From: Spirochaetota bacterium
GTDB taxonomy: Bacteria; Spirochaetota; UBA6919; CBDBPB01
Length of the DNA: 64,000 nucleotides
Direction: 5' to 3'
Assembly: GCA_965208615.1 (NCBI GenBank)
Contig: CBDBPB010000003.1
Span: 64,001 to 128,000 of the forward strand
Below are positions 52,316-61,969 of the stretch, in pieces. A program made the position numbers and the translations under genes. Numbering within the stretch: the stretch's first letter is position 1; each line of letters opens with the position of its first letter. The notes under the pieces are model-generated. The model did not search any database, was not told the origin of the DNA, and worked only from the letters and a program-made list of their open reading frames with translations.

Positions 52316-53087
52316 TCTCTAAATAAATAGGACAATGATCAGAACCCATAACCTCATTGAGGTGTCCAACGTTTTTTATCCTATTAACTAAATCGGGACT
52401 TATAAAAAAATAGTCTATTCTCCATCCAATATTACGATTTCTTGCCATAGACCTGTAAGACCACCAACTATAACTATCACTTATATGAGGATTAAAATGC
52501 CTAAATACGTCAACATATCCCTCGGATATGATTTTATCAAGTTCTTTTCGCTCAACAGGTAAAAAACCAATATTATTTTCATTTTCTTTTGGTCTGGCAA
52601 TGTCCATTTCAGTATGAGCAATATTATAGTCCCCACAAGCAATGATACTTTTTCCAGTAGCCCTTAAGGAATTTAGGTGAGATAAAAAATATTCATAAAA
52701 CTTAAGCTTTTTAGAAAGAACATCCTCCTCCCCTACTCTAGGATTACCATTAGGAAAATATATATTCAATAAAACAAAATCATCATATTCAGTTTGTATT
52801 ATTCTACCATCTTCTTTAAATATATCCACCGTTTTATTAAATTCATAACAAACAGATATAGACTCCATTTTAGAATATGTAACAACACCAGCATAACCCT
52901 TTTTCAATCCATTATGCCAATAACTATGATAGCCATGAGGACGCTGTAAAGCTTTGTCAAGCTGATTAGAAAATGCTTTTACCTCCTGTAGGCAGATAAT
53001 ATCACCATCTACTTTATCGAACCAATCAAGAAAACCTTTTTTAACAACAGCTCTAATACCATTGACATTCCAAGAGTAAATCTTCAT
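52308..53087 (-). CDS. xth: Exodeoxyribonuclease III
   Basis: SWNVNGIRA, LQEVK, GDYNIAH, YSWWSYR, GWRIDY and SDHCP. Confidence 0.96.
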   Translation of the reverse strand: MKIYSWNVNGIRAVVKKGFLDWFDKVDGDIICLQEVKAFSNQLDKALQRPHGYHSYWHNGLKKGYAGVVTYSKMESISVCYEFNKTVDIFKEDGRIIQTEYDDFVLLNIYFPNGNPRVGEEDVLSKKLKFYEYFLSHLNSLRATGKSIIACGDYNIAHTEMDIARPKENENNIGFLPVERKELDKIISEGYVDVFRHFNPHISDSYSWWSYRSMARNRNIGWRIDYFFISPDLVNRIKNVGHLNEVMGSDHCPIYLEIN

Positions 53088-53159
53088 ATTTCTTTACTAT
53101 ACTCCTTTTCATATATTAAAATTATACGAAAGATAAAACTATTAAGCAGTTATAACAGT

Positions 53160-54497
53160 TTAAAATACTAAATCAGAAGGAATCTTTCTTTTTTCCATTT
53201 CATCCATCAATACTTTTGCCTCATCAAAGTTAGTAATCATACTACGAAGCAAGCTATAGGTCATAATATTAGGCGGTATACCTTGTTTTTCCATTTCTAT
53301 TGTAATATTCTTTGCTTCTTTATAATCGGGAGCTTTATCAAGAATAGTGTAATATATATTCAAATTTGGATGTATGTTATTGTTAGCCATATTATTAAGT
53401 AGCTCTTTTCCTTCTTGATAACTAGGAGCCATAGAAATTAAATTACTATATATTGAGGTATTAGGCTTAATATGCTTTTCTAATAGCTCATCCAAAAGAG
53501 ATCTGGCATTATAATAGCTAGATGATTTAGTAATTAGCAAGTTATAGGTATGAGCATTGGGAATATTATTATTTTTCTCCATTTCTCTTAGCCAATATCT
53601 CCCAGTGTTATAGTCGGCTGACTTATCAATTAAAAGGTTATATGTACGAGTAGTAGGCAAAAGATCGCTTTCTTTGATCTGATTAGCAAATCTTACACTA
53701 GTATTATAATCTGGTATACTTTCTATTAGATGATTCCACTTTTTTACCAATAATTTTTTATCAATATTAACTCTTTTTGCCAAGTCAACAAACATATCAG
53801 TGGCATGCTCTGATAGTCTAATAGCCTCTTCAGTTCTCCCTATGGTATACATAGTATATATAAACCAGTCAGGATATTCAAGGTCTTCACGGATTTCTGG
53901 TTTAATATCCTTTAGTGTATGTATATCAAGATCTTCTTCCATTTTTTTACAAAGGCCTTCATTTTTTCTATCTAAAAGGTTTATAGCCTCAAAATCAAAA
54001 TCTCTAACTACAGTTCTAAGAACGTTATAGTCAACAATAACCTCATTAGTTCTACAGCATCCAGCGGCTCTAACAGATTTTCTTGCACTATCCCCAACCC
54101 AATGTTTACTATGATCCGGCAGGCTGACACACATATCTATTCCAGAGTCTATAGCAATCCTTAAAGGAGATATAGACTTTTTACTAAGACCAGTATAGTT
54201 TGCCATTTCCTCCTGGAATTTATGAGCCATAATAGTTGCCAAACAACAAATAGCAGGTATTTTTCTTTCTTTACTGGTCATAACAAGCCATCCATCACCT
54301 GTAAACTGTATAATAGCATCATCCAGTGATAGTTTTCTAATATGAGGTACAATTTGTTTAACTAAATATTTATTAAACTTATTTTGTTCTTGTATAGTTC
54401 GTTTAATAGCGGCCTCTGTTGACTTAATCATATCAATGCTTAAACAATAGATTACACCTATCCAGCCTTCTTCTTGGGAATAATCAATACGCTTCAT
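53160..54497 (-). CDS. Class III nucleotide cyclase domain fused to PPR-like helical repeats
   Basis: Cyclase motifs SIDMIKST, FTGDGW, LRIAIDSG, WVGDSARKSVR and NEVIV, plus six 32-aa repeats of type TYNLLI...EM...I.PN. Confidence 0.8.
   Translation of the reverse strand: MKRIDYSQEEGWIGVIYCLSIDMIKSTEAAIKRTIQEQNKFNKYLVKQIVPHIRKLSLDDAIIQFTGDGWLVMTSKERKIPAICCLATIMAHKFQEEMANYTGLSKKSISPLRIAIDSGIDMCVSLPDHSKHWVGDSARKSVRAAGCCRTNEVIVDYNVLRTVVRDFDFEAINLLDRKNEGLCKKMEEDLDIHTLKDIKPEIREDLEYPDWFIYTMYTIGRTEEAIRLSEHATDMFVDLAKRVNIDKKLLVKKWNHLIESIPDYNTSVRFANQIKESDLLPTTRTYNLLIDKSADYNTGRYWLREMEKNNNIPNAHTYNLLITKSSSYYNARSLLDELLEKHIKPNTSIYSNLISMAPSYQEGKELLNNMANNNIHPNLNIYYTILDKAPDYKEAKNITIEMEKQGIPPNIMTYSLLRSMITNFDEAKVLMDEMEKRKIPSDLVF
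53172..53747 (-). repeat. Six tandem 32-aa PPR-like protein repeats (aa 251-442)
   Basis: Aromatic anchors W254, Y286, Y318, Y350, Y382 and Y414 are spaced exactly 32 aa apart. Confidence 0.8.
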
Positions 54498-54740
54498 TTT
54501 AAGTAAGACCTCAGATAATCTAATTTTAAAAAAGCTATAACTATAAATTATAGCTTGTTAACACAATATTATTTAACCTTAAAACGGTTATGATAAACAA
54601 ATCTAATAATAAATACAAGATAAGAATTCTCAAGTAGATAATATATAAAGGCCTAACAGAAATATTCATTATCTTTTACTATATAAGTAAAGCTAAAACA
54701 GATAAATAAACTAATATATTATATAGATTGCCAAAAAAAA

Positions 54741-56357
54741 CTAAGCGTGTTCAATATCACAGTGTTGGGATATCTCATTACTAAGGGTAAAGATATCAGT
54801 TTTATTTAGTAGGTGAACATCGTTTTTACCATTAATTCTGGCAATATTTTTAAGTTCCTCTTTTGTGGCATTATAAAAGTTTACAAATCTTTTTGTAGAC
54901 TCTTCTATACTAAACCGTTTTCGTAATTCGTTATCCTGAGTGGCAATTCCAACAGGACACCTACCAGTATGACATATCCTATACTGCTGACAGCCTATTG
55001 ATATCATGGATGCAGTTGCTAAAGCAATAGCATCAGCACCCAAAGCTAAAGCTTTTGCAATATCACTACTATCCCTAAATCCACCAGTAACACATAGACT
55101 AACCTTTGAGCCTATATCATCCATATACCTACGAGCACGGGATATAGCAAAAATAGGCGGTAGACAAACATTATCCTTAATATAATTAGGAGCAGAACCA
55201 GTACCACCACCACGACAGTCAATAGTTATAAAATCAGGATTTAAACTCAAAACTCTTTCTAAGTCTTTTTCAATATGTCCTGCGGAAAACTTAATGCCAA
55301 TAGGCTTAGGAGTTAATTTTCTTAAGTTGTCCATTTTGTGTTTTAAGTCGTCCAAACAATTAATTCCCTTATGTCTTCCTGGAGCAATAAAGTCACTATT
55401 TTTAGGGATACCTCTTATTAGTGCAATATCATCAGTAATTTTTTCTTTTGATAAGTGTCCACCCATACCGGGTTTTGCCGCCTGACCAATTTTAATCTCT
55501 ATTGCATTTGCTTTTATAATAGCGTTTTCGTTATAAGAAAATGGAGCAGTACCTAATTCATAAACATATATATTAGCATTTTCTTGTTCTTCGGGCAGCA
55601 TTCCCCCTTCACCAGAGCATATCATTGTACCAACAAGGCTAGAACCTTTAGCCATAGCAATTTTAGCCTCTTTTGATAGTGCACCATAAGACATGTGGGA
55701 TACATAAAAAGGTATATCCAATATTAAAGGATACTTACTACTTTTTCCGATAACAGTTTTGGTATTGACTGCTTCATCAGCGTTTAGAGGCATTCTATAA
55801 AGCTGGGCTCCCTTAAATAAAATGTAACTCCAATTAGGAAAGGGTTTTTTTGTTCCCATAGGAGTAGTTTCAGAAGTAGATCCCTTAGCCAGACTTTGTA
55901 TTTTTGCATAGTTAGGCTCAAGATCATCTTTATACCTAGCCCAATCCTCCAGATACTCATTGCTATGCCTATTCTCAGACAACAGATTTTTATCCTTAGG
56001 GATTAGGGATACATAAACATCATCACCATTTATCTTAATATCATAGGCGTCAACGCCATCATCATAACCAGGAGGAGCATCGCCAGTAAAAGGATCAAAC
56101 TCATACTGATGCCATGGACATACAACATATCCATTTTCAATATTCCCATCAGCTAAAGGCCCATCCTGATGAGAACATACACTAGATATAGCACCTAATT
56201 GTCCTTTGTACTTAAAGATAGCAATTTCTTTATTATTTAGTACAAACTTTTTACCTTTTCCTTCTTCAAAGTCGCTAACTTTAGCAAGATAAATAAAATT
56301 ATCAAGTTTATCCAAGCTGTTTGAGGCATCTTTATTAGAGGGTTTATCATTGGTCAT
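54741..56357 (-). CDS. Rieske domain fused to an FMN-binding glutamate synthase-like domain
   Basis: CSHQDGPL...CPWHQYEFD, then MSYGALS, SGEGG, EIKIGQAAKPGMGGHL, GGTG, KALALGAD and CQQYRICHTGRCPVGIATQ. Confidence 0.9.
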   Translation of the reverse strand: MTNDKPSNKDASNSLDKLDNFIYLAKVSDFEEGKGKKFVLNNKEIAIFKYKGQLGAISSVCSHQDGPLADGNIENGYVVCPWHQYEFDPFTGDAPPGYDDGVDAYDIKINGDDVYVSLIPKDKNLLSENRHSNEYLEDWARYKDDLEPNYAKIQSLAKGSTSETTPMGTKKPFPNWSYILFKGAQLYRMPLNADEAVNTKTVIGKSSKYPLILDIPFYVSHMSYGALSKEAKIAMAKGSSLVGTMICSGEGGMLPEEQENANIYVYELGTAPFSYNENAIIKANAIEIKIGQAAKPGMGGHLSKEKITDDIALIRGIPKNSDFIAPGRHKGINCLDDLKHKMDNLRKLTPKPIGIKFSAGHIEKDLERVLSLNPDFITIDCRGGGTGSAPNYIKDNVCLPPIFAISRARRYMDDIGSKVSLCVTGGFRDSSDIAKALALGADAIALATASMISIGCQQYRICHTGRCPVGIATQDNELRKRFSIEESTKRFVNFYNATKEELKNIARINGKNDVHLLNKTDIFTLSNEISQHCDIEHA

Positions 56358-56468
56358 CTGATAGACTCATATAATAGTTCTAATACAGTTAATTGTTATA
56401 TAGCAACTAAGTTAATTATCTACTTAATATTATGGGCAAAATGACGTAATTAATCTTTTTAGTTATAA

Positions 56469-57887
56469 TTATGTTCTATATTCTAGAGTTTCATGAGTTT
56501 CTGATTTAATTATCTGTAAATCTGTTAGTTCCCTAATAAAAATACTAAGCCTATTTACATTACCATTTATATCAAAAATAGGTATTACAATAAGCAATAC
56601 CTTAATATCAAGAATCTCAGCATTAATATAAACAACCTTTCCACTATGAAAAACCTCTTCTATTTTATCTATAACATCCTTAGGATTATCAATAGATAAA
56701 AAGTCATCAATATGAAACCCAATTAAGTTACCTTCTCTTTTACTAAAGAACTCACAAGCAATATAGTTAGCTTCTAAAATAGTTCTTTGTTTATCAACTA
56801 AAATAGTAGGATCAATAGGGTTTCTAAGTATAGCTTTAATTGAAGTTTCTCTTTTCTCTAAAAGCCTTTCAACTCTGCTTAAGTCTTTATTATCTTGGAT
56901 TAAGTTTGCAGTATATAGTTCTAGTTTAGTAGTATAATTATTTAGTTGCTCTTCTTTTTTCTTAAAACTGGAGATATCTCTAATAATAGCAATACCTTCA
57001 TCAGCTTTATTTTTTACTATTCTTATCTCATAATCATAGAGTTTATCTTTTAGCATAAGTTGATAATCAAAGATTTGTAAATGTCCAGTTTCTAAAGCTA
57101 TTTTTACATAATCTATAATTTGTTTTGCAACCTCTTTTGGCATAACATCAAAAATCTTTTTACCCAAAAAGTCCGAAGGTGGAACAAAAGGAGATAATGT
57201 ACTAACAGGCTTTAACTTTAACATAGTACCATCAGCTTTTACCCTAAAAACCATATCAGGCAAAGCTTTAAAAACAGCATCACCAGTGGTACTCTTTGAA
57301 CAAAGAATCTCTAATAACTTATCATATCTAATTTTTGATTCAAACTTGCTTAACAAGTCTTCAGGGGATAGTGAAGCTTCTTTTATTAAATCCGACTTAA
57401 ACTTGGACCATCTAATAGGATTACCTTTTTCAAGTTTCTTATCCAAAAGTTTAACAATGCTATGTCCCAAAGGAGTTAAACGAACAGCAACCCTACGCCT
57501 TTTTTTTCTACTCTTATATAAAAACCTAAACTTTTCAAGTTTTCTAATAGCTCTAAGATGAGATTCATAGGCTCTAAGACCTGATTCACCTTGTTCAATA
57601 ATCTCAAAATCACTATCAGGAGAAGGAGCAAGTAATAAAACACGTCTTTCATGCTTTCCTAATCTTACATTAGAAAAGTTTTCAACTTCGAGTTTCACAG
57701 CCTTATTACAATAACTACACGGAAGATATTTAGAAATGACTAGTAAAATTTTATCTTTATCAAAAGGTATATTATTAAAAAGCTTTGCTAGCTTATAGGA
57801 TATTAACTCCATAGGCCTACAGACTTTTTGATCAATATCGCAAAGCATTTTTTCAGTATTAAAAGCGTTTATTTGTGAAGATAGCAT
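56469..57887 (-). CDS. Putative winged-helix plus two PAS domain protein
   Basis: RAIRKLEK.RFLY...VAVRLTPLG (MarR-like wing), PAS1 ALPDMVFRV...IIRDIS and PAS2 DPTILVD...FIRELTD. Confidence 0.65.
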   Translation of the reverse strand: MLSSQINAFNTEKMLCDIDQKVCRPMELISYKLAKLFNNIPFDKDKILLVISKYLPCSYCNKAVKLEVENFSNVRLGKHERRVLLLAPSPDSDFEIIEQGESGLRAYESHLRAIRKLEKFRFLYKSRKKRRRVAVRLTPLGHSIVKLLDKKLEKGNPIRWSKFKSDLIKEASLSPEDLLSKFESKIRYDKLLEILCSKSTTGDAVFKALPDMVFRVKADGTMLKLKPVSTLSPFVPPSDFLGKKIFDVMPKEVAKQIIDYVKIALETGHLQIFDYQLMLKDKLYDYEIRIVKNKADEGIAIIRDISSFKKKEEQLNNYTTKLELYTANLIQDNKDLSRVERLLEKRETSIKAILRNPIDPTILVDKQRTILEANYIACEFFSKREGNLIGFHIDDFLSIDNPKDVIDKIEEVFHSGKVVYINAEILDIKVLLIVIPIFDINGNVNRLSIFIRELTDLQIIKSETHETLEYRT

Positions 57888-58339
57888 CGTAATATGACTC
57901 CTTAGGTAAAAGTAACACCTGTATAACTTAGATTTATATTATTATATAACACAATTAACATTTTTATTATCTTAATTTTTAGAAGTCATAACCTAATTTT
58001 AAATAGTTAATATAAAACCAATTCTAACAAGTTGTAATTAATATCTTTATTTCTTTTATAGAATATAAGTTAACCTATAAGTAATAATATATCAAATTAA
58101 AATAAAAAATAAATGCATATTCTTTAACTAAAATATAAAGTCATATTTATAAAAGGAAATATTCTAGTTAAAAGCAGGTTCTCCATGCATAATTGAATAG
58201 GGAATAATCCAGAATAAATGGTTTTCCTTTTTGATATACTAAATTATTTCAAGCTTATGGCTACTTTACTTTATTCTAAAGTAAAAATGTAAAGAAATTT
58301 ATACAAAAAAGTCAAGTAAAAACTTACATATTATTTAAG

Positions 58340-61300
58340 TTAACCTTTATTTTCACACATCCAGTAACCGCAGAAATAGCAATCAGCCTTAGAAACTTGA
58401 GTTTTAAACGAATTAACGTTTGTAGTTTTTAGTTTACTTTTTAATTCTTCTATAAGAACTTTCATTTCACTTTTCATCATAGCAAAATCAACAGAAGAAA
58501 TAATATCAACACTCTTATTTATGTCAAGAAAGTGTAGGATAGTATGTTCTACCTTAGTAATCATCTCGGATACTGCAATGTAGTACAGTTTAAGCTGTAA
58601 ATTATGTTCTGCTATTTTTTTTTCTAGGTTTTTGTTATTCGTAATTTTATTAGTTTTGTAATCCAATAAAGTAAGTCCTTTATCTTTGTCAAAATAGACC
58701 TTATCTATTGCACCCTGTAAATAAATATCCCCAAACTTATATATAAATTCAAACTCATTATAATGTTCTAACGGATACGTTATTTCGCTTTGTTTTATTT
58801 TGTTATAAAAGTCAGAGTCAATAAACGTTTTTATCATGGATTTAATATAATCCATTATTTTTTGTCTATCTTCTTTTTTGGATAAGGCAGATAGCTTTTG
58901 ATCGTTTAAATAAGAGAGAACAATACCTTTTAAATTATTACTACTAGCACTAAATTTCTCTAATACTTTATGTACCATATTACCAATAAGATTCATAGGA
59001 ATATTAACAGATAAATCATCATCCAAACGGCCTCCTAGTTTAGATTCAATAGACTCTCTAATCTGGGAGATAAATTTATAATAAAACTTTCTTTGACACT
59101 TCTCATAAACAACTAGGGCTGTTGGTGATAATATCTTTAACGGAGAGGTATATAAAGCATTTATCAACATAGACGATTTTAATACATCAAAATTCAACAG
59201 TTTTTTATTTATATTGTTAACTTTTTTAAAGTCACCTTTAACATCCCAAGTAACCCTAAATAAGGTATCACCATTATATCCCTTAAAGTTGTAATCTTTA
59301 TTAGTATTTATAGCCTCTTCTAATTGTTTATTCTCCTTAGTAAAAACATAAATAAAATAGTTAAGCCAGCTAACACTATAACTATAATCAGACTTAATAG
59401 TAATTTTCTTATTCTTAGATAAACTAACTTTTCCAGAGAGAATTAAATAATCCTTAGCACGAGTAACTCCAACGTAAAATAATCTTTTACTTTCTGCAAC
59501 TTCTTTTCTTTTTTCCAACATCTTTAAATAATCATACAAATATGAGTTAACAAATTTTCTATTTTCATCCGAATAGCATTTTAAACCAATACCCAAGTCT
59601 GGATGGATTAATAAATTATTATTATTATAAACATTTTTTTTATCAATATTAGCTAAAATAACTATTGGGAACTCCATTCCCTTAGCCTTGTGGATAGTCA
59701 TAATATTAACATTATTACTATCATAATGGGATGGGGGATTTTCTTGATAGTCAAAGTTATTAAGGTTTTCTATATAGTCCAACAGCTCTTTAATAGAAAA
59801 GAACCTGTTCTGTTCTAATTTTCTGACCTTTGATATAAAATAATCAACATTATGTTTTTTTTGTTCTCCACTAGTGTGGGATAGTAAAACAGCAGTATAT
59901 CCGGTATTATTTATGGCTAGTTTAAGGAGTTCATGGATTTTAAGTTTATCTTTTTTATTAATAATATCTTCTAATACTCCTTTAAAAAAGATTAGTTTTT
60001 CTTTATCTTTGGAGTCAATGTATTCGTTATTATTTATATCAAAAAACCCCTTTAGTAGGCTAGTAGAATTATCTTTATAATTTACAAGCCAAAAAAGGCC
60101 ATTATCAGAAATACCGCAAAATGGAGACCTTAATATTCCGCATAAGTTAATAGAGTCTATGTTATCAACTATTTTCAAGAAAGTTAAACAATCCACAATC
60201 TCTTGTAGTTTATAAAACTCCCTAGATGATACAATAGTATATGGTATACCATAATCTAGTAAAGCTCTTTCGTATGTGGATACATTAGTCAATGCTCTAA
60301 ATAATATTGTAATATCTCTATAGTTAACCTTTCTATTTAGTTGATTTTCCTCCACGATGGATATTATTTTTTTAGCTATTTGATTCGCCTCTTTTTCTTT
60401 ATCTTCTTGGTGGAGCATTATTTCTACATTACACGAAAGGTCATTCTCTCTCTCTCCTTTTACAGGATTACAATAGTCTACCTCAAAATCATCAAATTTC
60501 TCATCCATTAGCTTAGAAAACAGTATATTGGTAAAATCGACCAATCCTTTTTGACTGCGATAATTTATATCTAAGCTATAATGTTTATTACTGTTAAGGC
60601 TGATACTATTTATGAGATTATGAAAAACAGAGATATCCGCTCCTCTAAACTTATAAATGGACTGTTTAGAATCCCCAACAACGAATAAATTGGGATGACT
60701 ATCCCCTAGGCTGACCATGTTGGATATAATATCCCTTTGGATTTTATCAATATCCTGAGATTCGTCAACCATTATATATTTATACTTATTTTTTATCTCA
60801 TGTTCTATTACACCCTCGTATGCCTCATCAGATAACAGTTTAAGAGCGAGGTACTGGAGATCATCATAAGTTAATAGTGAATGGTTAAGCCAATTAGAAA
60901 GAATAATATTATCCCCACTTTTAGCTCTGACAGCTAAATTGTTATATAAAGAGATTAGGCTTTTTACCGTTGTATAAATACCTAATTCACTTTTTATATT
61001 CCCATTGTCGATTAGGAACTCTGGCATCCAAAATTTAAGGGGTTCTAGTTGTATAAAAAAATCATTAAACTCTTTTTCTGTCCAATATTTTTTATCTGTT
61101 TTGTTAAATTTTCTGTTTTTGTATATTTTTTTAAAATCGGGATGAATGTCACCATTTAAGAGAGAGTTAACTATACTTTTGATATTGCGTAAGTATTTAC
61201 TAAAAGGTGCATTACCATAATCTGAGAGATTAATATTACAAATATAGTCACAAAACTTTTTAATAGGTTTTAGTTTGATAATTTGTTTTAGTCTATAGGT

Positions 61301-61969
61301 TTTTTCATTTTTTATAAAGGTTTTTAGGTAGTTCAGATAGTCATCTTTAGTATTATACTTTTTATATAGCGGAATAATCTTTTTATCTATATCAAAGTGA
61401 TGAAAAAAAAGATTGCTTAACATATTCCTAAGGTTAGGAAAGCCATATTCCATCAGAAGAGATTTTACGTTATCAGTAAGATTATTGTTTTCTGTACTAT
61501 CTTTTTCTATCCACTTTGAAAGAGAGTCTTTTATAAATCTATGAAGTTCATATTTTAACTCAGGTTCTTCAATTATACTGAAATCGGGATTTATACCAAG
61601 TTCAATTGCGAAGTCCCGTATGATTTTAGAACAAAAACCGTGTATGGTGGATATATTTGCATGTCTAAAGTCTTTTTTAACTTTTTTCCAATATTGTTTT
61701 TCTTTTCCTATGGCAATTTTAGTTAGGATAAACTTGATAATTCTGGATTTCATTTCTTTTGCGGCTTTTTCAGTAAAGGTAATGGATAGAATTTGATTAA
61801 CAGTTGCCTTTTTTTGTTCAAGAATGTGCATATATCTTTGTGTAAGTACTTCTGTTTTACCTGTACCAGCAGATGCACTTACATAAAGGTGTTTATCTAT
61901 TTCATAAACAGCTTTTTGCTGAGTTAAATTAAGGTTTTTAGTTATGGTATTTTTTACATGAGTCAACAT
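58340..61969 (-). CDS. AddA/UvrD-like SF1 helicase with C-terminal PD-(D/E)XK nuclease
   Basis: ASAGTGKT, TFTEKAA, STIHGFC, VDESQD, VGDSKQSIYKFRGA, NYRS, MTIHKAKGMEFP, YVGVTRA; nuclease GAID...LDYKT...QLKLY. Confidence 0.92.
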   Translation of the reverse strand: MLTHVKNTITKNLNLTQQKAVYEIDKHLYVSASAGTGKTEVLTQRYMHILEQKKATVNQILSITFTEKAAKEMKSRIIKFILTKIAIGKEKQYWKKVKKDFRHANISTIHGFCSKIIRDFAIELGINPDFSIIEEPELKYELHRFIKDSLSKWIEKDSTENNNLTDNVKSLLMEYGFPNLRNMLSNLFFHHFDIDKKIIPLYKKYNTKDDYLNYLKTFIKNEKTYRLKQIIKLKPIKKFCDYICNINLSDYGNAPFSKYLRNIKSIVNSLLNGDIHPDFKKIYKNRKFNKTDKKYWTEKEFNDFFIQLEPLKFWMPEFLIDNGNIKSELGIYTTVKSLISLYNNLAVRAKSGDNIILSNWLNHSLLTYDDLQYLALKLLSDEAYEGVIEHEIKNKYKYIMVDESQDIDKIQRDIISNMVSLGDSHPNLFVVGDSKQSIYKFRGADISVFHNLINSISLNSNKHYSLDINYRSQKGLVDFTNILFSKLMDEKFDDFEVDYCNPVKGERENDLSCNVEIMLHQEDKEKEANQIAKKIISIVEENQLNRKVNYRDITILFRALTNVSTYERALLDYGIPYTIVSSREFYKLQEIVDCLTFLKIVDNIDSINLCGILRSPFCGISDNGLFWLVNYKDNSTSLLKGFFDINNNEYIDSKDKEKLIFFKGVLEDIINKKDKLKIHELLKLAINNTGYTAVLLSHTSGEQKKHNVDYFISKVRKLEQNRFFSIKELLDYIENLNNFDYQENPPSHYDSNNVNIMTIHKAKGMEFPIVILANIDKKNVYNNNNLLIHPDLGIGLKCYSDENRKFVNSYLYDYLKMLEKRKEVAESKRLFYVGVTRAKDYLILSGKVSLSKNKKITIKSDYSYSVSWLNYFIYVFTKENKQLEEAINTNKDYNFKGYNGDTLFRVTWDVKGDFKKVNNINKKLLNFDVLKSSMLINALYTSPLKILSPTALVVYEKCQRKFYYKFISQIRESIESKLGGRLDDDLSVNIPMNLIGNMVHKVLEKFSASSNNLKGIVLSYLNDQKLSALSKKEDRQKIMDYIKSMIKTFIDSDFYNKIKQSEITYPLEHYNEFEFIYKFGDIYLQGAIDKVYFDKDKGLTLLDYKTNKITNNKNLEKKIAEHNLQLKLYYIAVSEMITKVEHTILHFLDINKSVDIISSVDFAMMKSEMKVLIEELKSKLKTTNVNSFKTQVSKADCYFCGYWMCENKG

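Noticed and set aside
53160-54497. Calling the cyclase a Pycsar or CBASS system
   Set aside because: There is no adjacent cNMP-binding TIR or TM effector and the neighbours are housekeeping genes, so a defence role remains only a hypothesis.
58170-58215. AGGT...AATAGGGAA resembling a cobalamin riboswitch start
   Set aside because: It lacks the following GGTG-AA-TCC and B12-box elements, and no downstream gene lies on that strand.
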